Source: Spirogloea muscicola (lineage: Eukaryota). From it: 23,720 nucleotides of DNA. The translations under genes and the position numbers were made by a program. This document shows positions 1-18,639 of this stretch, in pieces. Numbering within the stretch: position 1 is the first letter of the stretch; the number at the start of each line of letters is the position of its first letter. Where the stretch lies: contig WELB01000001.1 in assembly GCA_009602725.1 (NCBI GenBank), forward strand, positions 1,593,678 through 1,617,397, in the 5' to 3' direction. The notes below the pieces were generated by a model. It was not told where the DNA came from and made no database searches. It worked only from the letters and a program-made list of their open reading frames with translations.

Positions 1-345
1 ACGACGGCACAGTGCCCGTCTGCGCAAGCAGCTCTAGGCGAGTTTCTGAGGCCGTCTGCCGATGCTGATGGGAGGTCAGACGACCGCTGCAGAAGGTGAT
101 AAGCCCAAGAGTCCTTCCAACAGGCTCAGCGGCTCACCCGACGGGAACTTCGGCCCTCGCGAGCGCGGCGCGGGACTGCATGGCACGCACGCGCAGGGCT
201 TGTCACGAACTTAGATTGGCACGCATGTCAGCCACCATGTTGGCAACTCAATGCCAATGCCGAGCGTGAAGCCTGTCGAATAGCCAGTCGCTGTAACCCG
301 CGCAAGCCTGGACGATCGCCGTGCACAGACGGGACGCCCAGCGCA

Positions 346-366
346 GCGGCGGCGGCGGCGGCGGCG
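346..366 (+). repeat. (GCG)7 microsatellite, poly-Ala in the AP2 reading frame
   Basis: Read directly: gcggcggcggcggcggcggcg. Confidence 0.85.
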
Positions 367-378
367 GCTGCCGCGGGG

Positions 379-1673
379 ATGGGGGGGGCGGTGGGCGACA
401 CCGCCGATCTCATGGCTGTTGCGACACAGAGCCTCAGCCCGAGGCCACCGCCGATTGCTACCGGCACTGGCGTTGAGTTGACGTTGCCGGCGGCGGCGTC
501 CCCGCCGCTGGCGCAGCCGCCCCTAGACGTCCCCAGCCTCTGGGCGCGTCTCACAGAGGGCGGCGCCATGGGGGCCAGCGCCGGCTCCGTCCTGCCGGTC
601 ACCACCGGCGTTCCCTCTGCGGCCCTCTCCGCGCCCTCGCGGCCTGCGCCAGCCCTCCCGCTGCCGGCCCGCCAGCCCGCTGCCGCCACCACCACTGTGC
701 CGGTGTCGCTGGACCAGTCACCGACGGCCTCGTCGCTGCAGCACGGCGGCACTGGCCAGGGCGAGAGCAGCTATCGTGGCGTGCGCCAGCGCCGCCGCAA
801 CCGGTAAGCACCTTGCCTCCCTCCTCGGTCTGCACTGTCTGTCTGGTGGAGCAGGGTCCCTCTTAACAAGTTTTAGTAAGAGATTTCCACGTCCTGATGA
901 CGTGGTCATAAGAGCCGTCAGCTGGGGCCAATTGTGCTTTACCTTAGTGGCACCTGTTATACTATAATGGCAATGGTTTGCCATGGTGCAGGTGGGTGGC
1001 AGAGATCCGGGACCCGCTGCGCAAGGTCCGGCGGTGGCTCGGCACCTTCCCTACGGCGCACGCCGCCGCCGAAGCGTACGACACGGCAGCCATCGCCATC
1101 CACGGCCGCCGCGCCCGCACCAACTTTCCGGCCTCGCCGGCCGCCGCCGCCACGGTCGCGTCCACGTCCGAGCCTCCGCCGCCACGGCTGCCATCGGTGA
1201 CACCGCACAGCCGCTCCGAGGAGCTTTCTGGCGGTGGCCTTGCACCGGGCCCCATGCTCCAAAAGAGCAGGCACCCCGGTGGCAGCGCCACCGGACGCGC
1301 CGCGGTCGGCCCAGTTGGCCACGGTTCGCCACAGCGACCGTCCTCAGCGCCGGCGGCAGGTGCTGGTCTGCCGGTGCCGCCAGCAGGCTTGGGTGTCGCC
1401 AGACCCGGAGGCATTGAACGGGTCCTCAGCCCAGAGCTATCAGCAACATCAGCCTCCGTCCAGGGCCCACTGCGGCCGCTGGGCCTGTCAATGGCCGGCA
1501 ATGGCGGCGGCGCTGCTGCTGCCAACCTGGGCGACATTGGAGGTTCCCTTCTGGTTTGGGAGATGGATGAGACGTCCTCGCCGGCTACCACAGCTGGGCG
1601 CAGCGCCGCGCCCTCCTCTTTGCTCAGCCAATGGCCACCCTGGCCCGACGACGACCGTCCGGACCTGCCGTAA
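379..1673 (+). CDS. AP2/ERF transcription factor, ERF-type; exons 379-803 and 992-1673
   Basis: Splicing the GT-AG intron 804-991 (CG|GTAAGC...TGCAG|G) yields a complete AP2 domain, [56 protein letters not shown], with the ERF-type AEIRD signature. Stop TAA at 1671-1673. The frame is open upstream of 379 (poly-Ala run), so the true start may lie further 5'. Confidence 0.92.
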
Positions 1674-2568
1674 TGCTCCAGCACGCCACCAAAATCTCAC
1701 AGTCCACCTGTGGGCATTGCTCACAGTATATGCATCTTCAGTTGACATACGGTGACTGAAATCGTTGACCAATCAATGCACTCAGGGTAAATATGTTCTC
1801 TACGTTCGGCTAGCCCTGTGTCCTGCACAGTCACCACACTAGTATAGTGGGCCCTATATACTCTACACCCATAGCAAGTGTTCGGGCTACTGGTGCTCCT
1901 GAAGGAGCACCACAAGAACACTGCTATGTACACTAGTAGTAGTGCTGTATACACCATAAACAATACATTCTAAAGCCCGCCAGAGATACGGTGTCCTCCG
2001 GTCCTCGCTGCCATGCTGGGATGCTCAGTATTTCCGTCTAAGAAACCCAAAAATTTTGGCACTCAAGTGCCCAGCTTCGTATCTACAGCATGTGCTGCAT
2101 AGTCCCCTGCTTCCACTACTGGAATGATGAGAAGCAGCACAAGTGGCCACGTGCTGAATTTTACCACAAGCTGCCACATACAGCTGCTGCATCCAGGGTC
2201 TGCATGCCCCTCCTCCCTCTGGCCAGAAAATCCGAACTGATCCAGTGCCGATGCAGCGACAGCATTGAACGCTGTAGAAGACGACCCAAAATCAGACTTA
2301 CTGTCAGGAGTCAAGTGGCACAAGAGGTCACAGGTATGCTGGCAGAGCAAAGATAAAGTGATGACTAACGCAGACAGGCATAAGGGGCCACCTCTTGGTG
2401 GGTGACAGATGAGCACCTGACCAGAGAACCAGGCATCCTTGGACCCCAGAGAGCATTGAAGCGAGCGCGAATTCGAACTTCAGCGCTTTGAGAATCCACT
2501 GACGTCCTGAGAAGGCCAGGTGCTCTCACAGAACAAGTACTCGTCTATCTCACGCGAGTTCAGGCGTG

Positions 2569-10938
<8,370 letters not shown>

Positions 10939-11138
10939 CTGGGGGTGGCCAGCGAGCAAGCAGCGCCGCTCCTCGTCAGCGCGGCACCGGCGCAGGCCGC
11001 CGATCGCCGCAGGGGGGCCGTCTCTGGCCGCGCGAGCCTGACCTCCGAGCGTTTCTCACGGCCTTTTGGCTACGCTTTTTGTGAGCTACTATTTGCTAGG
11101 GCTTAGGCCGTTGATGGACGACTGCCGGGGGTGGGGGC

Positions 11139-11284
11139 NNNNNNNNNNNNNNNNNNNNNNNNNNNNNNNNNNNNNNNNNNNNNNNNNNNNNNNNNNNNNN
11201 NNNNNNNNNNNNNNNNNNNNNNNNNNNNNNNNNNNNNNNNNNNNNNNNNNNNNNNNNNNNNNNNNNNNNNNNNNNNNNNNNNNN
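11139..11284. other. Assembly gap (N run)
   Basis: Run of N flanked by G-rich and (CGC)n sequence. Confidence 1.
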
Positions 11285-11711
11285 CGCCGCCGCCGCCGCC
11301 GCCGCCGCGGCCGCGGCGGCGGTCCTTTCGCCCCCCGCTGCCGCCGGCTGGCGAGCTGGCGCCGACGAGCTCATGGCCGCGCCCGGCCCCGGGGCTTCTT
11401 GGGGCGCCACGCTCAAGGCCGCGCCAGACCCTGGCCCCCCCCTCCAGGTGCCTCGCCGCTGCCGAGTTTTCCAGGTCACCCTCGGCTGGGCAGCAGTTCC
11501 CCGTGCCTGCGCCAGCGCCAGCGACAGCTACTCCTCCCGACGCTTCACGCCCCACGGCGGCGGCCTCGGCCGCCCCGGCCTCCTCTACCCCGGCGGGAGC
11601 CGAGCTCGTCCTCCCCTACCAAGTGCCTCCTATCTTCACGGGCAGCGACGGCCTGAGTACGAGCGAGGTTCTGTCCCATCGGCCATCCAACTTTTGGCGG
11701 CCGCGGCACCA

Positions 11712-11992
11712 CCGGCCCTCCTCCCCCCGCCGGCCATCCCCCCTGCCATTGCTGTTTCCTCACCCTCCTCTAGCAGCTCCACGAGGGGTACAGGTCGAGT
11801 CGATATGGCCCCCGTCAGCACGGCTCCCCCCGCTCTGTGGCACCTCCGGCCCTCCTTTCCCCCACCCGCCTTCCCTCCTGCCATTGCTGCTTCCTCACCC
11901 TCCTCTAGCAGCTCCACAAGCGGTGCAGGTCGAGTCGACATGGCCGCCGTCAGCACGGCTCCCCCCGCTCTGTGGCCCCATCCGGCCCTCCT
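11712..11992 (+). repeat. Tandem duplication, about 135-bp unit x2 plus the start of a third
   Basis: ccattgctg...cctcaccctcctctagcagctccac...caggtcgagtcga...gtcagcacggctccccccgctctgtgg occurs at 11746 and 11881 (period 135). ccggccctcct recurs at 11712, 11846 and 11982. Confidence 0.93.
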
Positions 11993-12150
11993 AGTATAGG
12001 GCGTCATTTCATGTAGCCACCTTCCTTGCGCTGCATTCTTTGCACTTTCTGCATTTTCTGCCTGAACAATGTGTTGGCTTGAATTGGCCTCGCTTTGACT
12101 TCATATGGACCGCACGCCTTCCCCTTGGCTAGCTTACCCGTGCGCTGGGG
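11985..12150 (+). mobile_element. 3' UTR fragment of a CRE-like non-LTR retrotransposon
   Basis: tagtatagggc..catgtagcc..ttctgcctgaacaatgtgttggcttgaattggcctc..ttcatatggaccgcacgcctt matches the UTR that follows the TRGY* stop in the copies at 18833+, 19420+ and 23482-23660 (reverse). Confidence 0.85.
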
Positions 12151-12345
12151 GGGCCCAGGAGGCGGGGGCCTAGAACTGTCAGCGTCAGAGTCATTCTCCA
12201 GCCAGGGGTGTCATTGCCGGGCTACCATCAGCGTCAGCATCACTTCTCCGACGCTGTCATGGCCCCGCTCCGCAGCCGCAAGTGAACGATGTTCGTCACC
12301 CGTGCTGTTGACGCTGTCTGGAACTCTTTCTGGAAGAAGTGGCAA

Positions 12346-13390
12346 GGGCTGTGAAAAGCCAGCCCGAAAAGAATAGACAAAGGTTCTAAGGGGCCAAAAA
12401 CCAAAACGCTTAGCAGTTATGAAGGGGCTTGAAGAAGCTATGTCAGAACGGGGGGAGGATGGACCACTCAGTAGTTACAAGTGAGGAGCCTCAAATTCGA
12501 CAGACTAGCTGCCAGAGTACTATCCCCCTGATGAAAGCCGGAGGCCGCAGCGAGAGCACGGCCAGCACGCAGATGCAAGGCTTGGGCCATGGACCGCTGA
12601 AGGGAGACCGACAATCTTATTCGATAGACTTGGGCCCATGAGCCTGCGGCGTTGAAGTCAGCCGGCTCATCGCGCCTGCGGGACATAGCGCGCCGCGCAA
12701 GCCTGGCCAGCAGGTCGAGCCACTGGGACCCGGGAGCCCCGTGCACGTCCACAGCCAGGGGGACGAACTCATCTGCAGCCGGGTGGTCGGCGTGTTTGGC
12801 TGCCTTGCTGCGAGCGGCCTTCGCCGGCAGAGCCCTCGCTGCTGCCTCTGGCTCTGGCCAGGGGACTCACTTCCACGAGCCTAGCATCTCCGACCTGCGG
12901 CTGCTTAGCAGAGGTTACTGAGTGATTCGTAGCTGCTTTGTTTCTCTGTGTGCTTGTTTTATTTAGCGCTTCCCCTGGCACCCTTCTCGTACTCTGTTCA
13001 TTCTTTTTTGGGCTGGCTTTTCCAGCCCCTATTCTCAATGGGCGAGCAATTTCTTCGCCGCAGTGTAGCCAGCCCGCGAGGCAGAGAGCGGTTGGAGCGG
13101 TCGACCACATCAGTGGTGACCACATCAGCAATGCTGCGCGCCCCGCCGCCCGGCGTGGACGCCACCAGGTCGACACGGCGCGTGTGGAGGATTGGCATAA
13201 CGGAAGTGCTTCTGTCTGAGGAGGACACCATCGTGACGATCATAGATAAGCTCGGCTACGCTCCAGTCTGCGGCATCCCGGTTTACAATGTCATCCTCTA
13301 CCCTCCGCCAACTTGTATACCGCAGACACGGATGCCCGGGCACGGCAACAGCGCCCGCCAAGCTCGGAACTGCCACGTGGCGACGACATG
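12346..13390 (-). mobile_element. Degenerate CRE-like non-LTR retrotransposon (RLE domain, C-terminus and 3' UTR), interrupted at 12827-13052
   Basis: Minus-strand peptides in order: AVPGHPCLR (similar to WLRALP..GLR), RHDGV, RRVDLVAS..GG.RSIADVVTTD (RLE core), AGYTAAK|AARSKAAKHADHPAADEFVPLAVDVHG..QWLDLLARLARR..YRIRLSVSLQRSMAQALHLRAGRALAAASG..SLSNLRLLTCNY* (stop 12468). The UTR ends at the stem-loop 12346-12365. Frameshifts and deletions are present. Confidence 0.85.
12827..13052 (+). mobile_element. 5'-truncated CRE-like copy inserted antisense into the previous copy, 8-bp TSD CTTCGCCG
   Basis: Encodes RALAAASGSGQGTHFHEPSISDLRLLSRGY* (stop 12919-12921), then a UTR with the hairpin GGGCTGG-CTTTT-CCAGCCC (13010-13028). 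Flanked by identical cttcgccg at 12819-12826 and 13053-13060. Confidence 0.88.
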
Positions 13391-13546
13391 AACAAAAAGG
13401 CCTATTTGGGTGACTCCAGGAAATGGTGAAAAAACTGGAAATAGCTCTTCCAGATTGACAGTCCATAGCCCACTTCCGGCCGCCCTGGTCCCTTCCGCCA
13501 CGCCGCCTGCCGCCGCGCCAAGCGGAGGCCGCGGCGGCGGGCCGCC

Positions 13547-14259
13547 ATGGCGCAGCAGGCGGAGCTGCGGACGGTGAGGGGCCTGGACCTGCAGCGCTAC
13601 GCCGGGCGGTGGTACGAGATCGCCTGCCTGCCGTCGCGCTTCCAGCCCAGCGGCGGCGTCAACACGCGTGCGACGTACACGCCGCAGCCCGACGGCACCA
13701 TGCGCGTCCTCAACGAGACGTGGACGCGCGGCGGCGCGTCGCGCGCTGCCATCGAGGGCAAGGCCTGGCTCGTGGACAGCGCCTCCGACGAGGCCAAGCT
13801 CGTGGTGCAGTTCCGCGTGCCGCCATTCCTGCCGCTCTTTCCTGTGAACGGCGACTACTGGGTGATGGACCTGGACGCCGACGGCTACTCGTGGGCACTC
13901 GTCGGCCAGCCCAGCCGCAAGTACCTCTGGGTGCGCGCCACAGCTGAAGCCGGCATGCAGCAGCTATTGCTTCATCTCGCTGCTACAGATGGTGCATTCA
14001 GGCCCCCACTGGCGGAGCTTGGTGGTGACGTCACTGACTCAGTCCTGTCTTCGCGCAGCTGCTGAGCAGGACGCCGCAGCTGGACGAGGCCACGATCGGA
14101 CGGCTGCTCTCCGTGGCCGAGGAGCAGGGCTACGATATCAGCAAGGTGAAGCGCACGGAGCATGTTGCGGGTGTCGGTGGCGACGCCGACGAGTCGGCTG
14201 GGAAGAGCCCCACTGATAGGGGCGGGTGGTGGCTCGGCTCCATGCTGGGCCTCAAGTAG
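13547..14259 (+). CDS. TIL: Temperature-induced lipocalin; exons 13547-13930 and 14059-14259, 194 aa
   Basis: Lipocalin SCR1 RYAGRWYEIA, TRATY, the hydrophobic Pro-rich motif VPPFLPLFPVNGDYWV, ALVGQPSRKYLW|LLSRTP and C-terminal GGWWLGSMLG match plant TIL. GT-AG intron 13931-14058; strong context gccgccATGG. Confidence 0.96.
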
Positions 14260-14817
14260 CTGGCCAGCAGCCCTCTACAGCAGGCTCGCCCCCACAGTTG
14301 CTGCAGTGTTGTGTGATATTTGCTGCCTCTGCATTCTGCAGTGTGAAGGCCACTCATGCCGTCCTTTTCAAACACAGCGGCATGGCATGCTCATTCTCCA
14401 TGCAGGGAAACAAGACGGCTCACACTGTCCAGCTCCTGCCAATCACAGTGACGCAGCACCACTGCTTTTGAATCTAGTCACATGCTTTAAAAGCTGCATG
14501 TCAAGTAGTTGCCTCCTCAGCAGTCACTCCCGTTTGGGAGCGATAGGAGCAAGCAGAAGGCCTGCCTAAGTACAGGTCGCCACAGCGCAGCAAATAAGAG
14601 AAGGATCTAGAATTTTACAGATGGACTTACCATGTTGTGCATAAGGAATCGAGCCAATGCAAGAAAGTAAGTTCGTACACAAAGAACAACAGCCACAGGT
14701 CCTTCCCGAAGAACGTCAAGCAGCTCTCCTGAGGTGCACTTAGAATCTACCTGCTACGCACTTGAGTACAAAGCGCGGCTGCTGGTGGCCTGTGCGCAAG
14801 TCAATCGCGCCCTGCTG

Positions 14818-16417
14818 TCACCGCGCCTGTGAACCCCAGCTGGTATACGTCCATGGCAAGAGGGCGAGCACAATGCCGAGGTTGGTGACCCACACAAGCC
14901 CTAGCACCTGTAGCACAGTGAGCACCCAGCCGAGCGAGCCCGCCGCCGCGAGGACCTGCGCTGTTGGCTCCGGAGTTGCAATGGATGCGATCAGGCCAGC
15001 CACGATTTGCGCGCCGCGGTTGAGTTGGTGCAGTCGATACACCTGCACAAAGAAGTGAGGTAAAGTTGACCACGGTTCCACTAGGATGATTGTTTCGTAG
15101 CATCACACAGCAGCGGCCCGAAATCAGCACAGCCACTTGAGCCTGCAGGCATGGAGGGCCGGGCTCACCTGGAAAACAATAGGAACAGCAGGCCACATAG
15201 GAGATTGCGCGTCGAGCTCACGCTTCTCGAAAAAGATCTGGGCGGCAAGAACGAGCATGTAGGGGCCAACAGCAGCAGCAGCCACAGCAGCGGTTCCAAA
15301 TGGCGACACCGCGAGTATTACGGCAACCGGCAGGAGCACGCCAAGAAGCAACACAGTGTTTGCCCAGGCCTGGAAACCTGGCGGCAGGCCCGTCTTCGTC
15401 CACGGTGGCCGCCAGGCTGCGGTTGCCAGCGGTGTGATCTTATGGTAGCCAATGGTGTCCGCAAGGTTGAAGTAGTACATCGCTCCAGCGATAAACGCCG
15501 CATCCGTCAGAAAGAGTGCCAGGAAATCTGCAGATATGCGTATAAGACCGGCCAAGCAGCTCTTCAATCGTCATACTCATAGAGGCGTCAACAACGTCTG
15601 CCTAGGCGGCTCAAGCGGTTACACTCAGCACCATGTCAGCCCGTCAGGCCACCCTCCCCCCTCTTTCCCCGCCCAGGGGCACTCATCCCCAGGTAAGGGC
15701 ATCCGCCAGTGCTGATCCTGGGCCAGATGTCATTGTCGACCAATCGCAGGAGAAACCACTGGCATGCACGTGGCGAAGAGGGGGAACAGCTGTGGCAGAG
15801 AAGTCGTGCATGCACTGGGAGGGCAGCAGCTGGATGTAGATTTGTGAATGCTGTCGTTGCTTGCTGGATGGAGCTCGCTGGCAGCGGGCACTGCATGCGC
15901 GTGCATGGTGGAGGAGGAGAGACGAAGAAGGAGTGGGCACCTGTCAGCATGGAGTCCTTGAAGACAACTTCCAGCAAGGACCGCACGACGACCGGCGGCA
16001 GCACCACAGACAGCGTGAGCGCCAGCGGCCCCAGGATCCACTGCCAGGACGCCTTCTGGGGGCCGTCCACTGGTGCGCTGGAGCTCTGTGCCGCATCGTC
16101 GCCGCCGTTAGTGGAGTTGCTGTAAAATGAGACGTAGCCCGGCCGGCCCTGGGCCTCCGGCTGCATGCCGGCGTCCCGGTCCTCGGTGCCGTGGTTGGCG
16201 ACGAGCAGCATGTTGCGAAAGCCGCCTCCGCGCTGCTCCTGCGGCCCGGCCGCCTTCAGCGCCTCCATCGGGACGCCATTACCGCCATCGGTGGCGGCCG
16301 CCACCGGCCTCCTCGCGCCGGCGGTCCCTCCTGCCGGCAGGCGCACAGCCTCGCCGCGGCAGCCCTCAGTGCGGCGCAGCCCGCGGGAGCCGGTGCGGGC
16401 GGCGGCGGCCAGTGCTC
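14818..16417 (-). CDS. Conserved plant multi-pass membrane protein of unknown function, probably plastid-targeted; exons <16417-15941, 15527-15169, 15042-14818; start lies in the gap
   Basis: Phase-consistent GT-AG splicing gives ...GYVSFY...WILGPLALTLSVVLPPVVVRSLLEVVFKDSMLTDFLALFLTDAAF...AAAVGPYMLVLAAQIFFE...SPMWPAVPIVFQVYRLHQLNRGAQIV..., with several hydrophobic helices. It resembles At5g63040-like proteins as I recall them (unverified). The N-terminus is Ala/Arg-rich. Confidence 0.8.
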
Positions 16418-17185
16418 NNNNNNNNNNNNNNNNNNNNNNNNNNNNNNNNNNNNNNNNNNNNNNNNNNNNNNNNNNNNNNNNNNNNNNNNNNNNNNNNNNN
16501 NNNNNNNNNNNNNNNNNNNNNNNNNNNNNNNNNNNNNNNNNNNNNNNNNNNNNNNNNNNNNNNNNNNNNNNNNNNNNNNNNNNNNNNNNNNNNNNNNNNN
16601 NNNNNNNNNNNNNNNNNNNNNNNNNNNNNNNNNNNNNNNNNNNNNNNNNNNNNNNNNNNNNNNNNNNNNNNNNNNNNNNNNNNNNNNNNNNNNNNNNNNN
16701 NNNNNNNNNNNNNNNNNNNNNNNNNNNNNNNNNNNNNNNNNNNNNNNNNNNNNNNNNNNNNNNNNNNNNNNNNNNNNNNNNNNNNNNNNNNNNNNNNNNN
16801 NNNNNNNNNNNNNNNNNNNNNNNNNNNNNNNNNNNNNNNNNNNNNNNNNNNNNNNNNNNNNNNNNNNNNNNNNNNNNNNNNNNNNNNNNNNNNNNNNNNN
16901 NNNNNNNNNNNNNNNNNNNNNNNNNNNNNNNNNNNNNNNNNNNNNNNNNNNNNNNNNNNNNNNNNNNNNNNNNNNNNNNNNNNNNNNNNNNNNNNNNNNN
17001 NNNNNNNNNNNNNNNNNNNNNNNNNNNNNNNNNNNNNNNNNNNNNNNNNNNNNNNNNNNNNNNNNNNNNNNNNNNNNNNNNNNNNNNNNNNNNNNNNNNN
17101 NNNNNNNNNNNNNNNNNNNNNNNNNNNNNNNNNNNNNNNNNNNNNNNNNNNNNNNNNNNNNNNNNNNNNNNNNNNNNNNNNNNNN
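16418..17185. other. Assembly gap (N run)
   Basis: Run of N. It probably contains the membrane-gene start and the 3' end of the retrotransposon. Confidence 1.
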
Positions 17186-18635
17186 TGGCAAGCCAAGACG
17201 GCGGCGCATAGCATCGCAAAACAAAGCATTCTCCATCCGCAAGCCCGCATGCAAAGGCAAAGCGCGGAGCCACTCAGACGCTCCCAGAGACGAAACAGAT
17301 AGGAGCCGAGCCTGGCCTCGAGCATCTCCTTGGAGGAGACTCCGGAGATGCTCCAGTGGTTGCTCGTCTGCAGCACGGGTAAACCGCGATTGAGCCTTGA
17401 CATCAGAAACGTCAGCCCAGGCAGCAAAACTAACAGGCTCATTTACCAGAGGCGGGTATGCGGCAAAGAGGTCCTGTTGGCATGCTTTGAGAGTCACTTG
17501 GAAAGGCAGACTCCCCTGAACCACGGTACTGATGTGAGGCGCCAACACACGTTGTTGCCCAAGGAGGAATCGTCCAGATATGGACGAAGCCACCTGGGCC
17601 CAGCAGCCAAGGTACGCTGGTCTGCACAAGCGGACCAAGGGGCGACAACCAAGCCCACCGAGACGGATGGGCAGCGTACATTGCACCAGTGCTGCTGGGG
17701 ACTGCTCTAGAAGTGGGTGAGCAATCATGTCAGCTAGGCATCGTTGGAGCCTGACATCTATGGATGCATAGACCTCATCCATGGTAACCGAAGGTGGGAC
17801 CGTTCTTAAGAGGTAACACGGCCGCTGTGCCACACTCCTGGTCAAAATGGCCACTGCCAACTGAGAGTCCCCGAGGGTGGGGAGCTCTGGCAGGACCTGC
17901 ATATATCCTTGGAGACGAGCAAGGACAGCACCCTCCGAGAAAGACGGGTCCCCTACAGGCACTCCCAAGATCTTCAAACCGCCCTCTGGTGTCTGACAAG
18001 ATGTAGGCAACGAGGGAAGGAGGGAAAGAGGGATGCCATTGGGGGACCAGGCAGAGCACTTGGCAGTACTTATCCCAAGCCCGATGAGCCGGAGCTGGTG
18101 CTGAAGCGTGCCAAAAGCTCGCAGCACCTCCTCTGGGGGGCCGAGGAGCGTAGTATCATCCGCGTAACTCGGGAGGAGAACGCCAGGGTGAGCGCTCGCC
18201 GTGTTGCGCAAAGCACGGTGATGCGCCAGAGCAAAGAGAAAACCACCCATGGGATCACCTTGACGTGTCCCCGTCTTTGACTGCAAAACAGCCAAAGAAG
18301 TCCCTGCCCCCCACAACAATGCAGATGGCGAGCCATACATGCAGCGGAAGTGAGGGAGGAGGGTGGGAAAGTACTGCCTTAGCTCCTCGGCGATAACCTG
18401 CCGATCCACGGAGTTGAAGGCGTTCTGTACGTCCACGCTCAGGGCCAGCCAATGGGGGTTTACATCCAGTGCCGCTCGTACCCCGTGCACCAGGGTCTCA
18501 GCGCCAGCACGCATCCCAGCCCCAAACTGGTGGGGATGGAAGTGCGCCTGGGCATCGTCCTGGATCTGCATGATTAGGGTGCGCCCCACAAGGCTGTGAC
18601 AGGGCGCCTCGCCTCTCTGACGACCGGCCGCTAAC
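17186..18635 (-). mobile_element. CRE-clade-like non-LTR retrotransposon, 5'-truncated, with an uninterrupted RT coding frame
   Basis: About 470 stop-free codons with non-LTR RT motifs HQFGAG..GAETLVHGVRAAL, LSVDVQNAFNSVDR, GTRQGDPMGGFLF, SYADD, KCSAWSP and LKILGVPVG. These are followed by QRPCYLLR, LPIRLGGLG, AYLGCW and WLRALP...LRMENALF.DAMRRRLGLP, typical of CRE-type RLE elements just before the zinc knuckle. The 5' junction lies between about 18592 and 18640. Confidence 0.92.
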
Positions 18636-18639
18636 GAGA

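Noticed and set aside
231..269. Perfect Kozak GCCACCATG at 237 as the AP2 start
   Set aside because: Out of frame with the AP2 exon and stops after 10 codons; at most a uORF.
228..1684. Long antisense ORFs over the AP2 gene (and similar ones over TIL and glyoxalase)
   Set aside because: Expected shadows of GC-rich coding sequence, with no domain content.
2063..2416. 117-aa minus-strand ORF downstream of PRP2
   Set aside because: No recognisable motifs; most likely 3' UTR or intergenic sequence between convergent genes.
12346..13028. MITE/Harbinger-like element with GGGCTG terminal inverted repeats
   Set aside because: No TSD at those ends. The arms are 3' ends of two retrotransposon copies, and the real TSD lies at 12819-12826 and 13053-13060.
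13419..13453. Heat-shock element upstream of TIL
   Set aside because: The GAA/TTC units are not in canonical nGAAnnTTCn register; too weak to call.
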